A stretch of DNA of 64,000 bases from contig JAWXAY010000029.1 in the NCBI GenBank assembly GCA_034439715.1, positions 64,001 to 128,000 on the forward strand. Direction: 5' to 3'. This stretch comes from Pseudomonadota bacterium. GTDB taxonomy: Bacteria; Bdellovibrionota; Bdellovibrionia; Bdellovibrionales; SG-bin7. The stretch's first letter is position 1, and each line of letters starts with the position of its first letter. The notes beneath the pieces were generated by a model that had not been told where the DNA came from, ran no database searches, and saw only the letters and a program-made list of their open reading frames with translations. Positions 29,869-38,672 of the stretch are shown here, in pieces. The position numbers and the translations under genes are program-made.

Positions 29869-30360
29869 ATGAGATATTTATTAGTTTTATGCTTTTTAGT
29901 CGCTGGAGTTTTCGGTCAAGCCGAAGACATTGCCATAAGCTTGGATTCATTGAGGCCTGCCGAAGAGATCGATTTAGAGCTTGAAGCAATTGATGAAGAA
30001 AATTTAGAAGAAAACTCAGAAGAGGATTCAGAAGTAGGTTTATCGATAAGCACCTTTGATCGACGACGTCCACCGCCACCACCACGTCGGTATCCACGGC
30101 CTACTCCGTATCCACGACCTATCCCATATCCGCGGCCTACGCCTTATCCACGGCCTATGCCCTATCCGCAACCTGCACCTTACCCACGTCCCGTGCCTTA
30201 TCCGCGACCCAGCGCCACTGTTGTTTGTCATGCGACCGACGATTACGGGCGAATCTACACGGCAACGGCATATTATGCGAGCGATGCTCAAAGGTATGCA
30301 ATGAATGAGTGCCTAAGCCACTCTTACTATTGTTATGAGAGAGGCTGTAACTACTACTAA
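29869..30360 (+). CDS. Secreted Pro/Arg-rich repeat protein with acidic N-region and Cys-containing C-domain
   Basis: Signal peptide; GAGGGGGG SD; (YPRPxP)n. Confidence 0.8.
   Translation: MRYLLVLCFLVAGVFGQAEDIAISLDSLRPAEEIDLELEAIDEENLEENSEEDSEVGLSISTFDRRRPPPPPRRYPRPTPYPRPIPYPRPTPYPRPMPYPQPAPYPRPVPYPRPSATVVCHATDDYGRIYTATAYYASDAQRYAMNECLSHSYYCYERGCNYY
30091..30210 (+). repeat. 18-bp coding tandem repeat, 6 full units plus a partial (YPRPxP)
   Basis: TATCCACGGCCTACTCCG-like units at 30091, 30109, 30127, 30145, 30163, 30181, 30199. Confidence 0.9.
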
Positions 30361-30403
30361 GTCGGTGCAGCTAGTGCGGAATGTAAATAATGTAAGTATA
30401 GAG

Positions 30404-30431
30404 GGCGAGTGTTAACCACTCGCCTTTTTTT
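30404..30431 (+). terminator. Intrinsic terminator
   Basis: GGCGAGTG-TTAAC-CACTCGCC followed by T7. Confidence 0.85.
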
Positions 30432-30440
30432 ATTAAGGGA

Positions 30441-30962
30441 CTATAAGCTTGCAACAGGTAATCGTACTGCGACACCTGTGTCCATGGCTTTACTTTTAAT
30501 TGCCTGAGGCGGCGTTTGAACCACTCGTTGTTGAAGCGCCGCAAATATTGGTTCACGAATCGCCAAACTATTATCTTGTAAAACACACTGGCGGCCGAAT
30601 CGCTTTTTACTATTAATAATGACAGGTGCTTTAAGATTGGCGGTCATTTGTCTGGGATCATTGGGAATAGTGATTATACAAAACGTGTGAAATTTTTCGC
30701 CAGCAACCATTTGTAATGCATCATAGTCTCGACGATTAAACTGTATATTATATTTAGCAGCTAAAAATAGTTCGGGTTCTAAAACAGGAAATGCAATTGC
30801 AGGTGATTCACAACTCTGTAGCCAAGCAAAAATCTCATCGGTGGGATCGTCTAATAAAACAAATTTGCGTAAAGAGGCAAAACCAAGAATTCCTTCAGAA
30901 AACTCAATTATGTCTTCTGAATTAAGCTCTACTGTTCCAAACCGTGAAGTTTGAATCTGCAT
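30441..30962 (-). CDS. fliW: Flagellar assembly factor FliW
   Basis: TSRFG, FSEGILGF, WLQS, TANLKAPVIIN. Confidence 0.95.
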   Translation of the reverse strand: MQIQTSRFGTVELNSEDIIEFSEGILGFASLRKFVLLDDPTDEIFAWLQSCESPAIAFPVLEPELFLAAKYNIQFNRRDYDALQMVAGEKFHTFCIITIPNDPRQMTANLKAPVIINSKKRFGRQCVLQDNSLAIREPIFAALQQRVVQTPPQAIKSKAMDTGVAVRLPVASL

Positions 30963-31106
30963 TTATTCTCTCCCTCTAAAGCCAATTTAAAGTCCCACTA
31001 ACTATTGACACGCTTAATCTTTAGATCAGTTAGTCCAACATCTGTCTTTAAGCTTGAACTCAGGGCTTAGGTCAGGTCAACGATATTTTGAAATTTAGAT
31101 TTAAGA

Positions 31107-31343
31107 TCAGTTAGATTCTTTTTTGAGCAACTGATTTACAGCCCGCGTCCTGTCGGATGGCGCGTTAACAGACTCTTGGTTTTGAGCCTGAATTGCTACA
31201 TACACTTCTTCACGATGGATCTTCGTGTCTTTTGGGGCCTCTATGCCTAGGCGGACTTGCTTACCTTTGATCTGTACCACTCGGATTTTAATATGGTCAT
31301 CGATGGCAATGCTTTCACCGAGTTTTCTTGTAAGGACCAGCAT
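31107..31343 (-). CDS. csrA: Carbon storage regulator CsrA
   Basis: [30 protein letters not shown]-terminal extension with N at the FliW-type position (QNQES). Confidence 0.97.
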   Translation of the reverse strand: MLVLTRKLGESIAIDDHIKIRVVQIKGKQVRLGIEAPKDTKIHREEVYVAIQAQNQESVNAPSDRTRAVNQLLKKESN

Positions 31344-31400
31344 AGCATCTCCTTCGCTTCTGGTTTAGACACACGTCTCAAATATTAAATGCTTAACCAC

Positions 31401-31428
31401 TTAACGGACATCTTGTAAAAGAGCTTTA
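31401..31428 (-). promoter_or_regulatory. Sigma28-like promoter of csrA
   Basis: TAAA-N16-TCCGTTAA. Confidence 0.5.
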
Positions 31429-31438
31429 GCTATTATTT

Positions 31439-32521
31439 CTACCTAAGAAAGTCAAGTAGACTTGGCTGCATCATCTTGTTGGAAGTCGCAAGTGTGGCCT
31501 TTAGTGTGGTTTCGTTCTTATTTACATCTGAGACTGATTTAAAGGCATCTTCATCTTCCAGTTGAGAAATTGACGATTTTGTTTCAACTTTCACTTTGCC
31601 TAAAGATTCTGTCGCAGAATTTAAGTTCATTAGCCTAGACCCTAGCTCTGATCTAATTAGCGTGACTTGATTGTGAGCATCGTCAATTTCATCCAGTGTG
31701 ATTTGTAGTGAGAGTTTATCATCGGCTTCAAGCGATAATTCAATTTTTCGTAAGAGTCCAAATAAATTAATTCCCTGTTTGTTGGGGTTGGGTCCCGGCC
31801 CACCACGTGGAGAAGAGGCGGCGAATTTAATGTCCTCTTCAACACTCGCAGGCCCCCGTTGATTGGCACCACTCCCAGTGGACTCGTGACTTTGTGGGAC
31901 TTCGGACTCTAATGTTGTTCCTGGCTTTGTGCCAGGGCGAGGTTCGGGTTGGGGCTGTACTAAGCTGCCAATGTCTTTTCCTAAAAATATTCGGCTGCCA
32001 GGCATGTTAACGGCCACAAAGGCTTCTCGGTCAATAGGGACACGCACTTCTCCGTCGTCACCCTTATAATTTCCTTTGTAATCAAAGGGGGCCTCCACCG
32101 TGCCAAAGCCACCAAAAATAAATTTTCCCGCAAGCTTTCTATTTCCCACTTGAACAATCTGCTCATAGAGCTGCTTAACTTCGCGTGCAAGCGTGCGCCG
32201 CGTGTCTGTGTTGGTGCTAGCATCGTTGACTGCGCCTAAAACCAATTCTTTCACTCGCAAAAAAACGTCTCCCAGTTCACCCAGCGATTGCTCTGAGAAT
32301 TCCAGATAAGATTTAGCGTGAGTAAGCACTTTTCCAAACTGAGTGTTATTCTGATCTTCTGTTTTATAAGATAAAACTCGAGCAGCCGACATCGGGTCAT
32401 CCGAAGGTTTATTAACCCTTTTTTGCGATGAGGCTTTAGCCAAAGCATCATTAAGACCTGTACGACTCTTATGAAGTGAATCATTAATTTGGCCATAAAC
32501 CATTTTATCAGAAACGCGCAT
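31439..32521 (-). CDS. flgL: Hook-filament junction protein FlgL
   Basis: KRVNKPSDDP, FIFGG, SLLDFLR. Confidence 0.93.
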   Translation of the reverse strand: MRVSDKMVYGQINDSLHKSRTGLNDALAKASSQKRVNKPSDDPMSAARVLSYKTEDQNNTQFGKVLTHAKSYLEFSEQSLGELGDVFLRVKELVLGAVNDASTNTDTRRTLAREVKQLYEQIVQVGNRKLAGKFIFGGFGTVEAPFDYKGNYKGDDGEVRVPIDREAFVAVNMPGSRIFLGKDIGSLVQPQPEPRPGTKPGTTLESEVPQSHESTGSGANQRGPASVEEDIKFAASSPRGGPGPNPNKQGINLFGLLRKIELSLEADDKLSLQITLDEIDDAHNQVTLIRSELGSRLMNLNSATESLGKVKVETKSSISQLEDEDAFKSVSDVNKNETTLKATLATSNKMMQPSLLDFLR

Positions 32522-32534
32522 TTCCTAAATCCTC

Positions 32535-33959
32535 TTATCTCTTCATTGCCAGTATCGTGTCAAACATCTCATCAGCTGTCTGAATTAATTTCGCCGAAGC
32601 ATCAAATGTTTTTTGAAACTCAATCATCTTTGTCGCTTCTTCGTCGAGACTGACTCCACTGACACTGTCGCGAATGTTTTCTAATTGAGCGTGAATGTTC
32701 TTCTGTGATTCCGCGCTACGATTAGCTTTTTCAGTGGCAATTCCCACTTTTCCCACAATAGAATTATAAAACTCATCATAAGTGGTAGTCCCCTGCTCCA
32801 TGACTCTCTGTTGTTGCAGTTCACCGATCATATTGGCAATTCGATTATCTCCGGGAGCATTCGGCATTATTCCAGCTACAATACGTCCCGGATCTTTAGC
32901 TACGGCAGCATCGAGACCCATATTTTGGGCCGCTTCTATTTTATTTTGTAGCGGTGCAAATAAAGCGCCCCCAGGATTGCTAAAGGCATCAAACCCTTGG
33001 CGATGGATGCCATTCACTCCATTGATAAAACTAAAAGCCAACTCGTCGACATCGTCGAGGAGACTATTAATCGCAACATCTCGAACTTCAAATATTCCAC
33101 CCAAGCTTCCATTTTTTATTTCTTTAGTGATGTTCATGGGATCTGCACCAACTGCTGGCTGAATAAAAATCGCATTTCTTATGCCTTCTCGGCCATTTTT
33201 ATTTTCAACTCGCCCAGAGGTGATTTCGTTAGAAGAGTTTCCAGATACTATAATTCCGGAATTTCCGACAGTGACAGAAATCATTCCGTTGCCAGCTTCG
33301 GTAACTCTCACGTTAGCCATTTCGCTCATCTTTTTTATTAACAGATCTCGGCGATCTCTTTGATCATTCGCCGGTGCTCCAGAAATTTCAATCGCCGCAA
33401 TTTTTTCGTTTAGCTGAGCTATTTCTTTTCCGAAGGCATTGATTTGCCCAACTTGCTGAGTCACTTGTTGATCCAGCTCACCTTGAATTGCCCTAAGGCT
33501 AGCCACCGCTTTAGCAAAATCTTTTGTCACAAATTTTGCGGTATCGCGAACCAGCGTTCGTGTGGCCGTACTTTCTGGATTCGTAGCCAGCTCTCTAAAG
33601 GAGTTAAAAAATTCTCCGATGGATTGGTTAAGGCCTTTATTCATCTGTTCGTTATAGATTTGCTCTACACGAGTCATAGCGTCAGATTTCGCCTGTTCAA
33701 ATCCCAGCTGAGTGCCTTCAAATCTTAATTGTTTTTCTAAGAATATATCATTGATTCGAGTCACAGAACTAGTTTTGGCTCCCATGCCAACTTGGTATCG
33801 GCCTTCGCTTATAGGAATATTTGTCTGAGTCTCTATGCGCTGCCGAGAGAACCCTTCCGTGGATTTATTAGCAATGTTGTGACCGACTGTTTGCAGCGCG
33901 GTTTGACTGTTCATCATGGCCCGCTTGCCCACATCCATCATCGAATTTATTTTGGCCAA
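32535..33959 (-). CDS. flgK: Hook-associated protein FlgK
   Basis: GHNIANKSTEGFSRQR, SVSGVSLDEEA. Confidence 0.95.
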   Translation of the reverse strand: MAKINSMMDVGKRAMMNSQTALQTVGHNIANKSTEGFSRQRIETQTNIPISEGRYQVGMGAKTSSVTRINDIFLEKQLRFEGTQLGFEQAKSDAMTRVEQIYNEQMNKGLNQSIGEFFNSFRELATNPESTATRTLVRDTAKFVTKDFAKAVASLRAIQGELDQQVTQQVGQINAFGKEIAQLNEKIAAIEISGAPANDQRDRRDLLIKKMSEMANVRVTEAGNGMISVTVGNSGIIVSGNSSNEITSGRVENKNGREGIRNAIFIQPAVGADPMNITKEIKNGSLGGIFEVRDVAINSLLDDVDELAFSFINGVNGIHRQGFDAFSNPGGALFAPLQNKIEAAQNMGLDAAVAKDPGRIVAGIMPNAPGDNRIANMIGELQQQRVMEQGTTTYDEFYNSIVGKVGIATEKANRSAESQKNIHAQLENIRDSVSGVSLDEEATKMIEFQKTFDASAKLIQTADEMFDTILAMKR

Positions 33960-33962
33960 GTC

Positions 33963-34493
33963 TTAAGCCTCGCAACTAACAATCTTGCCTGCCACCCCTG
34001 TTTTCGAGAGATTTCCTTTTTTCTCGTAAACAGGTTTTCCAGCCAAAGAATCGCGAATCGCGCCAATGGCACCAGAAACATTCTTCAAAGCAGCATGAGC
34101 AAGCTGTTCGTTTTCTTTGTTTATCTCATTAAGTCTCTTTATTAAAAGATCTAAAACGGAATGTTGATTTCTTAAATGATTGCCTTCAGATGTCGACAAG
34201 CGCGACGCGATATCTAAAAGTCTGGGTTGTTCGTGGTCGGCCCCCACGGCCATCGCTAAGTCTTTAGCCACCTTCATTCGAGCATTTTCAAAAGTTCTAA
34301 GTTTTAAAAGAATGATCTCCTTGGCCTTGTTGTTTTCAGCCAATTTTTCAATATCCGCTTTAATTAATAGGTCTTTTTCGTTACGAATATTATCGAGGAG
34401 CATTCTATAAACTTTTATGAGATGCCCCATGCCGTCGGTCAATAAGGTGCAAAGACGTTTTTGATTCGGAGATAGTGTTTCCATTTTTCTCAT
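33963..34493 (-). CDS. flgN: Flagellar export chaperone FlgN
   Basis: Position flgM-flgN-flgK; helical FlgN pattern; alternative start 34484. Confidence 0.8.
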   Translation of the reverse strand: MRKMETLSPNQKRLCTLLTDGMGHLIKVYRMLLDNIRNEKDLLIKADIEKLAENNKAKEIILLKLRTFENARMKVAKDLAMAVGADHEQPRLLDIASRLSTSEGNHLRNQHSVLDLLIKRLNEINKENEQLAHAALKNVSGAIGAIRDSLAGKPVYEKKGNLSKTGVAGKIVSCEA

Positions 34494-34517
34494 CCTTGAA
34501 AATGGTTATTAACTGTA

Positions 34518-34850
34518 TTAGTCGCTAAACAAATGCTCAGACAGAATTTTATCTGCAAGTTCTTTTGAATCTATCGAATATTTACCGTCATCTATTAATT
34601 TTTGAAAATGAGCGACCTTGGCCTCATCAACGGCATTCATATTTGGTGTTGCCAACTCTTTTACTTTTAAAGTGTCTTGAGCTCGCTTAGAAATATCCAC
34701 GCGGGCATAGTCCCCACCCACATTATCGGTGGCCGCAGCGCCCTTGCCGTCTTTCTTATTTATGTTTATGCCCGAAGGTCCGACCTTACCTGATTTAGCC
34801 GAATCTTGAGACCCTAAAGAATCTCTAATTTTTGAGTTGTCCACTTTCAT
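34518..34850 (-). CDS. flgM: Anti-sigma28 factor FlgM
   Basis: VDISKRA, EAKVAHFQKLIDDGKYSIDSKELADKIL; GGAGGA SD before ATG 34850. Confidence 0.9.
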   Translation of the reverse strand: MKVDNSKIRDSLGSQDSAKSGKVGPSGININKKDGKGAAATDNVGGDYARVDISKRAQDTLKVKELATPNMNAVDEAKVAHFQKLIDDGKYSIDSKELADKILSEHLFSD

Positions 34851-34962
34851 ACGTTCCTCCCCCAAAAAACTTTAGAACCATTTAGTCATACCCTAAGGCC
34901 CAAAAGTTTCCAAGTTATCCTTACCTATTGTATCATACTGAGACAGAAAAAAGTTTAGGTTT

Positions 34963-35637
34963 TTAGCTGACCGGACTATAATTAATACTCCAGATCAGCG
35001 GTTTTTCAGCTGAAAAGCGACCAATTCTGTCACCGGGGGCCACTTTGGTGTCTGGCGGCAAACTGGAGACTGCTCCATTAAATGCTAGTGTCGATTGGGT
35101 TCCATTGTCGTGATCTAATTTTACAATACTAAGGCCCTCTGGACTTTGGAATGAAGACTGAACTTTTCCGGACCAGGGACTCAATATCTCCAAAGTTTTT
35201 TTGTCGAGCTCCTTATTGATGTAAAATGAGAACTGATCAACTTTGCCATCACCATTTTTTTTAATCTTTATATTTTGTTTTAAATCTTCTGGCAAAGGTC
35301 CCCGCGGTCTATCTAGTGGTTTTATATTCTTCATACCAAATTGGTTGCCATATCTTTCTTTAATTTGATTATAGATAAGATCTGATAAACCTACGCCACC
35401 CTTTCCGACCCACTGATCTACATACTCATCATCTAATTGGTTGCGAAAAATTTTTTCGCCCATTGAGGCCGGCATGAGCTCACTTTCACTGACAGTTTTT
35501 CTCATGGCACGCACCATTTCACGTAAAAATTGTGATTCATAAAGTTGGGCCGCTTTTAGCAACTTGGGATCTCGGGTGTCTTGCTGAGGCTGAGGCTGGG
35601 TTTTTGCTATTGAAGAAATGTCTCCCATCAGAGACAC
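34963..35637 (-). CDS. flgJ: FlgJ rod-binding domain plus degenerate M23-like domain
   Basis: LLKAAQLYESQFLREMVRAMRKTV...LDDEY..GLSDLIYNQI. Confidence 0.8.
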   Translation of the reverse strand: MSLMGDISSIAKTQPQPQQDTRDPKLLKAAQLYESQFLREMVRAMRKTVSESELMPASMGEKIFRNQLDDEYVDQWVGKGGVGLSDLIYNQIKERYGNQFGMKNIKPLDRPRGPLPEDLKQNIKIKKNGDGKVDQFSFYINKELDKKTLEILSPWSGKVQSSFQSPEGLSIVKLDHDNGTQSTLAFNGAVSSLPPDTKVAPGDRIGRFSAEKPLIWSINYSPVS

Positions 35638-35641
35638 CCAG

Positions 35642-35835
35642 AAAAAAGAGGGGGAGTATGAGCTAGAGTTGTACGTGCATCCTGCACTTCACTCTTTAAT
35701 ACCGGTCTACTGCCAATACTTGGCTGGCGCTGAACCGTTGACTTTGTTTCCTGCGAGAAACTTTTGTCACCTAACCATCCTTGGTCACCAATCCCTAACC
35801 CATCATCCCCCGGATCCCAACACGTCCATGTGTCG
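35642..35835 (-). ncRNA. Candidate CsrA-binding structured RNA (CsrB/RsmZ-like sRNA or flgJ leader)
   Basis: Seven GGA motifs, three in short hairpin loops; 3' imperfect stem plus U tract. Confidence 0.45.
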
Positions 35836-35896
35836 GAAAAAATAACCGTTGATATCTTTATTTTAATATTTTTTTGCTTCAATGCGAAACAAATTT

Positions 35897-36901
35897 TCAT
35901 AAAATCTCTAAATCTCCCTGTAAAGCCCCGACCGCCTTGATGTTCTGAAGTATCGTGATCAGGTCTTTGGGAGAGACCCCTAGACCATTGAGCGACTTGA
36001 CAAGGCCTCCGACATTCGCATCGGGAGGAATGACCCCGACCCGTTCGGCATCTTGATCTTTCCCCTTTGCGACTTTTGCTCCACCAACTCTAACGCTTAA
36101 ATCTCCATGGCTTATGGCTACCTCACTAATTCTCACTCCTGATCCGATGACAACCGTTCCCGTTCTTTGATTAACCACAACCTTAGCTTTGACATCAGGA
36201 ACGACTTCAAGAGATTCAATCGTTGCTAACATCTCCACAACTTTTCCTTCAAATCTTTGGGGGACAATAACGTCAACCGTACCTGAATCTTTGGCGACTG
36301 CATATTTACCAGATAGATCACTATTAATGACTTTCACCATTCTTGCCGCCGTAGTAAAATCGGGGTTGTTAAGTGTCAGTCTAAACATTTTTCTTGAAGT
36401 AAAATCAGATGAGACGTCGCGTTCAATGATGGCGCCATTAGGAATTCTACCAACCGTATTGTGAGTGGCCCCACCACCTTCGCCGATTAAAACGGCTCCT
36501 TGCGCTACAGCATAAATTTCCTGATTAGCCGCTCTTAAGGGAGACTGGATGAGCGTGCCACCCTTTAAACTTGAGGAGTCGCCAACGGAGTTAACTGTAA
36601 TGTCAATATTGTTCCCCGCCCTCGCAAAGGAAGGGAGATTAGCTGTGATAATTACAGCAGCGACATTGGCGCTAGCGACTTCTTTGCCCGAAAGCTTCAT
36701 TCCCATTTTATCTAGCATTCGTGTGAAACTTTTTTCAGTAAACTCTGACTTCGAGTCACCTGTACCCGCAAGACCTACCACTAATCCATAGCCAACCAGT
36801 TGGTTTTCACGAACACCGCGAACATTGGCTATGTCTTTGAGGCGTACAGCCTGAGCTAAATCACACGAGATCATCAACAGTAAAAAATATATTTTTCTCA
36901 T
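35897..36901 (-). CDS. flgI: Flagellar P-ring protein
   Basis: RLKDIANVRGVRENQLVGYGLVVGLAGTGD, SLKGGTL, GALQGDL. Confidence 0.97.
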   Translation of the reverse strand: MRKIYFLLLMISCDLAQAVRLKDIANVRGVRENQLVGYGLVVGLAGTGDSKSEFTEKSFTRMLDKMGMKLSGKEVASANVAAVIITANLPSFARAGNNIDITVNSVGDSSSLKGGTLIQSPLRAANQEIYAVAQGAVLIGEGGGATHNTVGRIPNGAIIERDVSSDFTSRKMFRLTLNNPDFTTAARMVKVINSDLSGKYAVAKDSGTVDVIVPQRFEGKVVEMLATIESLEVVPDVKAKVVVNQRTGTVVIGSGVRISEVAISHGDLSVRVGGAKVAKGKDQDAERVGVIPPDANVGGLVKSLNGLGVSPKDLITILQNIKAVGALQGDLEIL

Positions 36902-36903
36902 AA

Positions 36904-37710
36904 TTATAGGCCTCGCTTTACACTAACGACGTCAAAATTGGGCTCTAGAATAGCCTGAGAGCTCAGCCCGTCGTCATTAAAATCCTGTTCGCGCACAATT
37001 CCGGTTACAACGACGCGGTACTCTCGCTTGCCCAACATAAACGACTGGGTACCTTTTATTCGATAATTGCCATCAGGAAGTCTTTGGATAATTCTTGTCG
37101 GAACTAGTTCTAGGCCAAGATTGTTCTCATCCTTGTTGTTGTCGTCCTCATTTTTTGCAGTTGAGTTGTCTTTACCAGTATCTTTTTTATCCTTTGAATC
37201 TTTGGCGTCGGCCGTCTTATCTTTAGAGTCTTTGCTGTCTTTAGCATCTTTCTCCTTTTCTTTATCGTCGGCCTTACCGTCTTCGTCAGAGGCCAGTTTT
37301 CGCTGTGGAGCATCTATTTTTTTCAATAGCTTTTTAATAACAGTTACTTTGGAGTCCACTTGAGTGCGCCCCGAACCTTCAAGCTTTACATTTAAAAGGT
37401 CACCCACCAGACGAACTATGTTTTGCGAAAATAAATATGAACTTTGCCCTTCCATGATCCACAGCGAGCCTTCATTGGCTCCCACTCTAGCTTCACGTTC
37501 AAACTGATCCTTAGTCATTCTCGAATATTTACGTTGCTCACCTTTTTTGTAGTTGGGGTTATCGGCATAAGAAAATGGCTTTTGCGGACTCGCGTCTTCA
37601 ACAAAACCGTTGCCTCTCATTAAATTTTTAAGTTTCATGCCAAATCCCGCGCAGGCAGAGACCTGTAGAGAAATAATAATCAATATAAAAAGCTTTAAAC
37701 TTTTATTCAT
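36904..37710 (-). CDS. flgH: Flagellar L-ring lipoprotein
   Basis: VSAC lipobox, GSLW, VGDLLNV, LPDGNYRIKG, TGIVR. Confidence 0.85.
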   Translation of the reverse strand: MNKSLKLFILIIISLQVSACAGFGMKLKNLMRGNGFVEDASPQKPFSYADNPNYKKGEQRKYSRMTKDQFEREARVGANEGSLWIMEGQSSYLFSQNIVRLVGDLLNVKLEGSGRTQVDSKVTVIKKLLKKIDAPQRKLASDEDGKADDKEKEKDAKDSKDSKDKTADAKDSKDKKDTGKDNSTAKNEDDNNKDENNLGLELVPTRIIQRLPDGNYRIKGTQSFMLGKREYRVVVTGIVREQDFNDDGLSSQAILEPNFDVVSVKRGL

Positions 37711-38669
37711 TGGACTTTTACGACTCCTGGCTCCTTGACCACTGCAAAAATAATTGTTTGCGTGGTTGGGTTAATCACACGTATTGTATCGCCGACTTCG
37801 CCTTGCTCTTGGGCAACTCCCCGGAGCGTAATATCGTAGTAATCTGTTTCGTTAACTATTTTTACGGCTTGCCCTTGTTTAATTGCTATTTCTTTAACTA
37901 GGTCCCGCCGCCAAATAATGTCATTCACTCTTAAACCCCGGCTGACTTTTTTGCCAATCAGAGAATTAAAATCGGTGACACCATCGTCAGCAAATGTAAC
38001 TTCTCTTTTTTGATTTTGGTAATCACCAACTTGAAGTCTTTCACCAATATTAAGTGCTCGAGATGCGACTGGCACATTTCTTAATACTTGAATTTTTCCG
38101 CTAACCCAATAAATTTTGGGCAACCCTTGAAGTGAGGCAATTTTTAGCGGCAAAGAAAAACTTCCTCGAGGGAGCGTCTGGCCAATATGCTCGAGTGACC
38201 ATTTAGCATCCGCTTCGACATCGGCAATCCATGGGATTTGAATTCCTGAAATTTGAAATTCACAATCCTGGCAAATCTGGGAGTATTTTTGGACGATAGT
38301 GGCCTTAAGGTCTTCTTCGTCAAAGGCATATTTTGAGCGGTAAACATCTACGAGGCTCGGAACGATTAGTGAAATCTTTTGGCTCCACTTTTTTTCGAGA
38401 GCTGCTACTTGCTTTCGAATCATTCGGGTTAAAACAGAACCTTTTAATTTGATGGTTTGGCCCACACCGGGCGCGGGTCCCAGATCAATTTTTTGAAGTT
38501 CTTGAGCCTTTTCGGCATCGATATTTTTTAGTGTTACTCCGTTACCTAAATAAATTCGTGACTGGCTCTTAACGTTAATTCTTTTATTAACCGAAATTTC
38601 TGGCGCGTCATTAGCAAGCCCAATAACTCCCAAAAAAATAAAAAATAAGAACGTTAAAGCTCTAATCAC
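37707..38669 (-). CDS. flgA: P-ring assembly chaperone FlgA
   Basis: VPVASRAL..GE, IKQGQAV, GEVGDTIRVINP. Confidence 0.9.
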   Translation of the reverse strand: MIRALTFLFFIFLGVIGLANDAPEISVNKRINVKSQSRIYLGNGVTLKNIDAEKAQELQKIDLGPAPGVGQTIKLKGSVLTRMIRKQVAALEKKWSQKISLIVPSLVDVYRSKYAFDEEDLKATIVQKYSQICQDCEFQISGIQIPWIADVEADAKWSLEHIGQTLPRGSFSLPLKIASLQGLPKIYWVSGKIQVLRNVPVASRALNIGERLQVGDYQNQKREVTFADDGVTDFNSLIGKKVSRGLRVNDIIWRRDLVKEIAIKQGQAVKIVNETDYYDITLRGVAQEQGEVGDTIRVINPTTQTIIFAVVKEPGVVKVQ

Positions 38670-38672
38670 CTG

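Noticed and set aside
30091..30210. Possible CRISPR-like array
   Set aside because: Contiguous 18-bp in-frame coding repeats, no spacers, no cas genes.
35628..35900. 90-aa ORF filling the flgI-flgJ gap (ATGA overlap with flgI)
   Set aside because: No recognisable domain, and the segment is better explained by RNA hairpins; not fully excluded.
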